From Nitrospirota bacterium (GTDB taxonomy: Bacteria; Nitrospirota; UBA9217): a DNA stretch of 64,000 nt. Below the pieces are notes generated by a model. It made no database searches, was not told the origin of the DNA, and saw only the letters and a program-made list of their open reading frames with translations. The position numbers were made by a program, and so were the translations under genes. The DNA is taken from the NCBI GenBank assembly GCA_963751455.1, contig CAVVUN010000012.1:512001-576000 (forward strand). Reading direction: 5' to 3'. Shown here one piece after another: positions 57,610 through 64,000 of this stretch. Position 1 is the stretch's first letter. Each line of letters opens with the position of its first letter.

Positions 57610-58512
57610 CTAGAACCGGCCTGCAAGAGTCAGATCATATGACCATTCGTCCGTAAAGCCGTCGTTGCTGTTGAGGAACCTGTCGTAACCCGCTTCGATG
57701 GAGAACCGCGGGGTGATGAAGAAGCGGGTATTCGCGCTGTACGACATGCCCTCGCTGCTCTCATCGTCACCAGAACTTTTTTCAATGCCGATGCCTGCGC
57801 TCAGCCTCCGGTTGAAATAATAATCAGCGGACACTTCAACATTCGTGTTTTTCAAAGTCTCTGTATCATCCTCAAACGCGCTCTGCCCCAGGCTTCCTTC
57901 AAGATTCAAATACCTGTTGCCTGCGAGCTGAGCGATATATTTTGTGAATAATGCATAGTCCGTGGTCTTGAAGTCCATGGGAAAAAAACCGGCAGACAAT
58001 TCTGTCTTCCTGTTCATGTACTCAATACCTGCAAGAAAGTTGTCCTTTAAATAGCCGCCCACGCTGACGCCGTAGCCGTTCGTTTTATACGTGGCATTGC
58101 TGGGCGCATCATAGTCCAATTTTGAGGTCGTGTATAAAACCTGGATGGCAAGCGGGAAGCCCGGGCGAGCTATATTAACTCCAGCCACGTAAGCCATGCC
58201 GTCCCCAGATGCAGTCGTTCCTTTTGCGTCCTGGAGCGCTGCCATCAGAAAACCGCTCCCGATGCGCTCGAGAAATGCCGCCTCTGCGTAGGGATGATTT
58301 GCGGTTTTTACCGGCGCGAAAAAAATTTCAGCAGCTAAAGCGGTGGTAGTGCCTTTGAAATCATCGCTGGCTTCGGACCGATTATACATGGCAGATACCT
58401 CAGCAATATATTGTTCCTTCTGGTTCTGTTCCTTGGCGTATGCCGTGAAAGCGACAAAAAGAAGCCCGGTGAACAAACATGATACAGCGATACTGACAAT
58501 TGCTTTTTTCAT
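57610..58512 (-). CDS. Putative general outer-membrane porin
   Basis: Signal peptide; FFAPVKTANHPYAEAAFLER motif; beta strands; C-terminal Phe. Confidence 0.8.
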   Translation of the reverse strand: MKKAIVSIAVSCLFTGLLFVAFTAYAKEQNQKEQYIAEVSAMYNRSEASDDFKGTTTALAAEIFFAPVKTANHPYAEAAFLERIGSGFLMAALQDAKGTTASGDGMAYVAGVNIARPGFPLAIQVLYTTSKLDYDAPSNATYKTNGYGVSVGGYLKDNFLAGIEYMNRKTELSAGFFPMDFKTTDYALFTKYIAQLAGNRYLNLEGSLGQSAFEDDTETLKNTNVEVSADYYFNRRLSAGIGIEKSSGDDESSEGMSYSANTRFFITPRFSIEAGYDRFLNSNDGFTDEWSYDLTLAGRF

Positions 58513-59251
58513 AATTTCTCCTTTTTCTTGTCATCGATTGAACTCTTGAAATTCTTTTTATATCGAATCGTCAATCTGCATGATTACTGCCCGGATATCC
58601 GGTCCTTTGCACGCAGCCGTGAAGTTACCGTTACAATAGGACGAGCAAGAATGGATACTTCCCATGTCACCTGGTCTCCGCGATATATTCTTTTGCGCAT
58701 AACCTGTCAGCCTGCTTGCAGCTTGTTCTTAATTGTTTATAAAGTGTGAAACTTTGTTATTTGAATAGGTATCAAACTATGGTTGTATTGTCAAATAAAA
58801 AGCAAAATTAATCACTTTTTCTCAAAAAATTGCACAAAATATTGCATCTCTTTTTGAAAAAGCGTTGAGTTATGGCGAATAGGGTATGCAAAAAGGAATT
58901 GTTATAGCGCGAGTATGTTCGTTTCCGAATACTATTTCTCAGTGGGGTAGCGGACAAAGCGGAGGAAGCTGAAACACAGAAGTGATTTGAAGCCGCTGCT
59001 TCATCGCAGCTTCTATGACGCACCGCACAATGCGGAGCACTTATGTTTCGCCTTTTTTACGCAAAACCGCCTTCTTGAACAACCGGAGTACTCCCCTATA
59101 TCCTTCCAAGAGAAAATTCCTAAAATCCTCCTTCCAAGTCATTCAACCGCGTAACTGTGATAAGGATCACATTTCTAAACCAGCGCACCCCGTAGTATAG
59201 CACTTTGGTTCCATTTACATATGCTGAAAATCCAATCTTAAAACGGTATCA

Positions 59252-60046
59252 ATGCGTGTTTTGAACTTCGTTTTCCGGCAGAGGCTGCTTCTCGAAAAAG
59301 CGCTCATTGCCGTTTTGTTGTGTCACCTCCTTGGCTGCAGCACTACATCGGGACAAGCGCCTGAAAGCTGGGGTTGGAGCCGTATTCGTGACGCAGCAGT
59401 GAATGCGGCCACTTCACCCGCAACATGGGCGCCGGCTGCAGGAGCGCTCGCTTTTTCTATTGGTAATGCCGACCGAAAGGTCTCTGACTGGGCTTCGAGC
59501 AGAGCGCCGGTATACGGGTCGCAGGAACGAGCCGGACGCATCAGCGACACACTGTTGCGGACATCAGATTACCTCTTCGTCGGAAGCGCTCTTGCATCCC
59601 CGCTTTACACTATCCCGGCGGTACTCTCCGTGGAGACCGGAGCCGGCATCCTGATGCGGTCATCTGTGGGAGCTATCAAACAGAAAACCGGCAGGACCCG
59701 GCCAAACGGCCGCGACAAAGTCAGTTTTCCCTCAGGACATTCGGCAGGCTCGTCGATCAGCGCAACGCTGGCATATCGTAATATAGAACCCTTTACTATG
59801 CCGTATCCTGCAGTAGACGCCGCGTCACAAGTAGCCTTTACCGGTATTGCGGCTGCAACAGCATGGGCCAGGGTTGAGGCAAAGCAGCACTATCCCTCGG
59901 ATGTGCTTGCTGGCGCGGCAATCGGCCATTTTTTCGGCGTCTTCTTGACTGATTTATTGCTAGGTCCTGTGCATTCGACTGTCATCACTCCCGTCATACA
60001 GCCCGCCCCGGGCGGATTTGTCGCTTCTCTCACCTGGCATTTTTGA
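59252..60046 (+). CDS. PAP2-family phosphatase, probable lipoprotein
   Basis: KxxxGRTRP, FPSGH, ARVEAKQHYPSDV; lipobox LLGC. Confidence 0.88.
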   Translation: MRVLNFVFRQRLLLEKALIAVLLCHLLGCSTTSGQAPESWGWSRIRDAAVNAATSPATWAPAAGALAFSIGNADRKVSDWASSRAPVYGSQERAGRISDTLLRTSDYLFVGSALASPLYTIPAVLSVETGAGILMRSSVGAIKQKTGRTRPNGRDKVSFPSGHSAGSSISATLAYRNIEPFTMPYPAVDAASQVAFTGIAAATAWARVEAKQHYPSDVLAGAAIGHFFGVFLTDLLLGPVHSTVITPVIQPAPGGFVASLTWHF

Positions 60047-60177
60047 TTGGAAAAAGGGGCCGCACCGACTGAAATAAACCGCCACAAATAAAAAGGGCAA
60101 GCGCTCAATAAACGCCTGCCCTCTGGTTCATCTTTCTCTTCCGGCGCAACAACCGGTCAAGGCCTGAAATAAATATT

Positions 60178-60705
60178 CTACTTCCCGCCTTTCATATTTT
60201 GAATCATCTGCTGGATATCGGCGGCATCATGTGCAGTCGGTGATAGCTCCAGATACTTTTCAAACTCCTTGATGGCCCCCTTCGTGTCCTTTAGATCGAA
60301 CGCAAGAACGATCCCCATGTTCCGGTGAGCATACAGATGGCTCGGGTTGATCTTTATCGCCTGCTTGTATTCTTGAAGGGCCAGAGCGGGCCTGCCGGAA
60401 TTCTTCAAACAGGTGCCCCTGTCAACCCGGACGTCCACATTCTTCGGATAAATGACAAGCGCTTTCTGGTAGGCGTCGACTGCCTCGTTGTACCGCTTTG
60501 AATCCATGTATGCATTGCCGAGGGCAATCCATACATCGCCGTTTTTCGGCGCCTGCTTCGCCATGTCCTCGAGCTGACGCATTTCTTCCGGCGATTTCAT
60601 CGGAATGCCGCCGGTATACCCGGCCGGGGCTTTCGGCTCCTGGGGCTGCTTGCAGCCGGTTGCTGCAAGAAGTGCCAGCACAATCACAATAAAAGCTTTT
60701 TTCAT
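60178..60705 (-). CDS. TPR-repeat lipoprotein
   Basis: Lipobox ATGC; three TPRs (WIALGNAYMD, VRVDRGTC, AHRNMGIV). Confidence 0.85.
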   Translation of the reverse strand: MKKAFIVIVLALLAATGCKQPQEPKAPAGYTGGIPMKSPEEMRQLEDMAKQAPKNGDVWIALGNAYMDSKRYNEAVDAYQKALVIYPKNVDVRVDRGTCLKNSGRPALALQEYKQAIKINPSHLYAHRNMGIVLAFDLKDTKGAIKEFEKYLELSPTAHDAADIQQMIQNMKGGK

Positions 60706-60727
60706 ATTTCCTCCTTAGTGAATATTT

Positions 60728-61045
60728 TTATGCTTTGATGAATGAGCAGCAGTAATCCGACAGCTTCCTTATTATAAGCTTGAATTTGGCGTTCGCAGGC
60801 ACTTCAAAGGATTCTCCGCTCTTGATCGGTTTCCAGGAAGTTTGACCGGGCAGAAGTACGTCGAGGTCTCCTGAGAATATCTCCATGACTTCCTTCTCGG
60901 CTGTATTGAACTCATATTCGCCGGGCAGCATCACGCCCAGGGTCTTTTTCGAGCCGTCAGCGAACAGCACGGTCCTGCTCGTAACTTTGCCGTCAAAATA
61001 AATATTCGCTTCCTTCACAACGGTTACATTCTTGAATTCCGACAT
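60728..61045 (-). CDS. ppnP: Pyrimidine/purine nucleoside phosphorylase (DUF1255)
   Basis: [44 protein letters not shown]. Confidence 0.92.
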   Translation of the reverse strand: MSEFKNVTVVKEANIYFDGKVTSRTVLFADGSKKTLGVMLPGEYEFNTAEKEVMEIFSGDLDVLLPGQTSWKPIKSGESFEVPANAKFKLIIRKLSDYCCSFIKA

Positions 61046-61279
61046 CCGGTCCCCCTTTAGCGCAAATATCGTATGGTGCGACGCAGTATCTTTTGTACAC
61101 TTTCTGACACTGCAATGTCAACCCAAAAAAATTCAATCCCATATTCCAGAGTTGTACGCCCTCGAAAGAATCGGTTCAGTCCTTGACAACCGGCGCACAG
61201 GGAACTAAATTTTAATTATTACGGTGAGCGGCTAGCACCTAAAGTATTATTATAAATCCAGCTAAACAGGAATGCAATT

Positions 61280-61927
61280 ATGATATTCGAGAACAGACAG
61301 GATGCCGGAATTTTTCTCGCGGAACGACTCGAACACTATAAGGGACGAAAAGATGTGGTTATATGCGCTCTGCCGAGAGGCGGCGTAGTCACTGCATATC
61401 AGATTGCGGGTTTTCTGAAAGCGCCGCTCGACGTGCTTATCGTACGCAAGATCGGTTTCCCCGGAGAATCAGAGCTCGCGGTCGGGGCAGTTGCCGAAAC
61501 AGGAGCCGTGGTCCTGAACCCTTCAATTATCGAGCTTAACCGGGTGCCGGACGAATACATCCGGGCTGAAATCGCACGGCAGAAGCAGGAAATCGCACGG
61601 CAAGTCGAGCTCTATCGCGGCGGAGCAGCAAGAATTAACGTTAGGAATAAAGCGGTCATCCTCGTGGATGACGGCGTCGCAACCGGGGCAACGATGAAAG
61701 CTGCGATAGAGGCGGTGAAGCAGGAAGGCGCGGCAAAGATCGTTATAGCCCTGCCGGTAAGTCCGCCTGAAACAGCCGCTGCGCTGAGAAACTTGTCCGA
61801 TGAATTCGTGTGTATCAATACGCCCTATAATTTCATGGCGGTCGGCTTCCATTACAAGCATTTCGATCAAGTGAGCGACAAGGAAGTCATAGATCTGCTG
61901 CAGCGATCATCAGCCCGGGCAGCGTAA
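61280..61927 (+). CDS. Phosphoribosyltransferase-family protein
   Basis: FENRQDAG, ALPRGGV, VRKIG, ILVDDGVATGATM, FDQVSDKEV. Confidence 0.92.
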   Translation: MIFENRQDAGIFLAERLEHYKGRKDVVICALPRGGVVTAYQIAGFLKAPLDVLIVRKIGFPGESELAVGAVAETGAVVLNPSIIELNRVPDEYIRAEIARQKQEIARQVELYRGGAARINVRNKAVILVDDGVATGATMKAAIEAVKQEGAAKIVIALPVSPPETAAALRNLSDEFVCINTPYNFMAVGFHYKHFDQVSDKEVIDLLQRSSARAA

Positions 61928-62032
61928 AACGGTATAGTATCAAAGTGTCGGAGCGGCATAGTATCAGAGTGATAGCGCCACCCTTTGAACTGTTTGATCT
62001 GACACTTTGACACTTTAATACTGACTTTCTCT

Positions 62033-63715
62033 CTATCTCGTCAAATGCCGGTACTTTATCCTGTGCGGTTGGGCTGCGTCAGCGCCGAGCCGCGCCTTCC
62101 GGTCCGCTTCGTATTCGGAATAATTCCCGTCGAAGAACACGACTTTGCTTTCTCCTTCGAAGGCCAGGATGTGCGAGGCGATCCGGTCAAGGAACCACCG
62201 ATCATGGCTGATGACCACCGCGCAGCCGGCGAAGTTCTCGAGTCCCTCCTCGAGCGCCCGCATGGTGTTTACATCAATGTCATTCGTGGGCTCATCGAGC
62301 AGCAGCACGTTCGCCTCTTCCTTTAATACACGCGCGAGGTGCACCCTGTTCCTTTCGCCGCCGGACAGCACGCCAACCTTTTTCTGCTGGTCCGTACCTC
62401 CGAAGTTGAACCGCGAAACATAAGCGCGGGAGTTCATCAGCGCCTTGCCCAGTTGTACCTGCTCCTGACCGCCGGTGATCACTTGCCAGATGGTCTTGTC
62501 CGGATCGAGGGCGTCCCGGCTCTGGTCCACATACCCAAGCTTTACGGTGTCGCCGATCCTAAGGACTCCCTTGTCCGGCTTGTCCTGGCCGGTTATCATC
62601 CGAAAAAGAGTGGTCTTGCCCGCGCCATTCGGCCCGATCACTCCCACGATGCTGCCGGGCGAGAGCAAAAAAGACATGCCGTCAACCAGGATATTGTCGC
62701 CATAGGCCTTGGTCACATTGTCGGCCTCGATCACCACTTTGCCGAGCCGGGGTCCCGGCGGGATATAGATCTCCAACTCCTTTGCGCGCGCCTCGCCTTG
62801 CTTGCTGAGCAGCTCTTCATAGGAGCTGATGCGCGCCTTCGCTTTCGCATGCCTGCCTTTGGGCGACATCCTGATCCATTCCAGCTCCCGCGCGAGCGTT
62901 TTCTGGCGTTCGCTCTCGGATTTTTCCTCAAGCTTCAACCGCTCACCCTTCTGTTCGAGCCATGAAGAGTAGTTCCCCTTCCAGGGAATGCCCTGGCCGC
63001 GGTCAAGCTCCAGAATCCAGCCGGCCACATTGTCCAGGAAGTACCGGTCATGGGTCACGGCGATTACCGTGCCCTCGTAGTTCTGAAGATGGTGTTCGAG
63101 CCAGGCCACAGACTCGGCATCCAGATGGTTCGTGGGCTCGTCAAGAAGAAGAATGTCCGGTTTCTTGAGCAGCAGCCTGCACAGCGCTACCCGCCGTTTT
63201 TCGCCTCCTGACAACACCTTTACGTTTGCGTCCCCGTCGGGGCAGCGCAGCGCGTCCATTGCCATTTCGAGCCTGCTGTCCAGCTCCCAGGCGTTCAAAT
63301 GATCGAGCTTCTCTTGCACTTCTCCCTGCCGGGCGATCAGCTTGTTCATCTCGTCATCCGACATCGGGTTCGCGAAGCTCTCATTGATTTTATTGTACTC
63401 ATTGAGGAGGTCGACCGTTTCCTGTACGCCTTCTTCTACGACCTGCCGCACTGTTTTCGACGGATCAAGCTTCGGTTCCTGTTCGAGAAACCCGACTGTA
63501 TAGCCGGGCGACAGCACCGCCTCTCCCACGTGCTCCTTGTCAATGCCTGCCATGATCCGGAGAAGCGAACTCTTGCCGGATCCGTTCAGACCAAGAACGC
63601 CGATCTTGGCGCCGTAAAAGTACGATAGATAAATGTCCTTCAGTACGGGTTTTTTATCATAGAACTTGCTTACCCCCACCATGGAGTAAATTATTTTGTT
63701 CGGTTCGTTTGCCAT
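62033..63715 (-). CDS. ettA: Energy-dependent translational throttle protein EttA
   Basis: GAKIGVLGLNGSGKS, LSGGEKRRVALCRLLL, THDRYFLDNVAGWILELDRG, ELEWIR, IPPGPRLG, PHRIKYR. Confidence 0.95.
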   Translation of the reverse strand: MANEPNKIIYSMVGVSKFYDKKPVLKDIYLSYFYGAKIGVLGLNGSGKSSLLRIMAGIDKEHVGEAVLSPGYTVGFLEQEPKLDPSKTVRQVVEEGVQETVDLLNEYNKINESFANPMSDDEMNKLIARQGEVQEKLDHLNAWELDSRLEMAMDALRCPDGDANVKVLSGGEKRRVALCRLLLKKPDILLLDEPTNHLDAESVAWLEHHLQNYEGTVIAVTHDRYFLDNVAGWILELDRGQGIPWKGNYSSWLEQKGERLKLEEKSESERQKTLARELEWIRMSPKGRHAKAKARISSYEELLSKQGEARAKELEIYIPPGPRLGKVVIEADNVTKAYGDNILVDGMSFLLSPGSIVGVIGPNGAGKTTLFRMITGQDKPDKGVLRIGDTVKLGYVDQSRDALDPDKTIWQVITGGQEQVQLGKALMNSRAYVSRFNFGGTDQQKKVGVLSGGERNRVHLARVLKEEANVLLLDEPTNDIDVNTMRALEEGLENFAGCAVVISHDRWFLDRIASHILAFEGESKVVFFDGNYSEYEADRKARLGADAAQPHRIKYRHLTR

Positions 63716-63934
63716 GCTCGTTCGAATCCTCCCCCTCGGCGTTCCAAATCAAATTTGGGTCAGCAGCGCACACTGTGCGAATTGCAGGTTTCTTTGTACA
63801 CTTATCAAAACAGAGTGTCAATGATAAAAAGAGTCCGTCCGGCACCAGACATACTAAGTGCGTATGAGCGGCCGGGAGACCCTGGAATCTCGGGCCTTGT
63901 TGACAAGGTTTTAGGGTATTGATACGCTCAAGCT

Positions 63935-64000
63935 ATGAAGCCGGATCCGGTTGTGCACACTTGCCCGAACTGCGGCCAGCCTATCGAAGAATACCGCTAC
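63935..64000 (+). CDS. Start of a zinc-ribbon protein, possibly a NUDIX hydrolase (truncated by the window edge)
   Basis: MKPDPVVHTCPNCGQPIEEYRY; only 22 codons visible; TTGACA just upstream. Confidence 0.4.
   Translation, partial: MKPDPVVHTCPNCGQPIEEYRY

Noticed and set aside
58930-59045. Possible tRNA or ncRNA in the porin-PAP2 intergenic region
   Set aside because: Short hairpins only (e.g. GAAGCTG...CAGCTTC); no cloverleaf, T-loop or recognisable family motif.
61931-62030. Short 8-9-nt degenerate repeats (TGACACTT/AGTATCA), similar low-complexity runs at ~14885-14965 and ~18000-18052
   Set aside because: Degenerate intergenic inverted runs without spacers, probably terminator-like or REP-like; no further structure supportable.

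Overview
Bacterial chromosomal window of moderately high GC; the gene content resembles Nitrospirota/Desulfobacterota-like organisms (inference only). It has four blocks. (1) 1-11.6 kb is a defence island: RhuM- and Bro-N-family genes, an intact type I-G (I-U) interference operon (csb1-csb2-cas3-csb3), a frameshifted DUF1016/YhcG nuclease, a DUF6516 toxin-antitoxin-like pair, and decayed remnants of a different type I-G cas3 (two copies) and of a WYL-type regulator. No CRISPR array or cas1/cas2 lies in the window. (2) 11.7-24.0 kb is a minus-strand operon: lipoprotein, PEGA/TPR lipoprotein, TolB-like propeller, TPR protein and an Opp/Dpp-type ABC transporter; several genes carry indels. (3) 24.8-48.2 kb is a minus-strand operon: Pal-like lipoprotein, 2247-aa adhesin with 11 DUF11/isopeptide-type domains, 1702-aa triple-OmpA/beta-barrel protein, three TPR proteins, TolQ, two TolR/ExbD and a GltG/TonB-like protein, i.e. 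an Agl-Glt core-like set. Blocks 2 and 3 have homologous sigma70 promoters and three GEMM-I riboswitches (one single, one tandem pair). Each riboswitch has A at the G20-equivalent position, the 3',3'-cGAMP signature, and overlaps an intrinsic terminator. This ~37-kb co-regulated envelope/adhesin machine is the best candidate for an undescribed system. (4) 49-64 kb holds mostly ordinary genes (ABC-F, LTA synthase-like, Ig-repeat/barrel protein, porin, PAP2, ppnP, PRTase, ettA). MITE/REP-like elements are frequent, some nested and two inserted in frame in lipoprotein signal peptides. All family assignments are from motif recognition by eye; no database searches were run.
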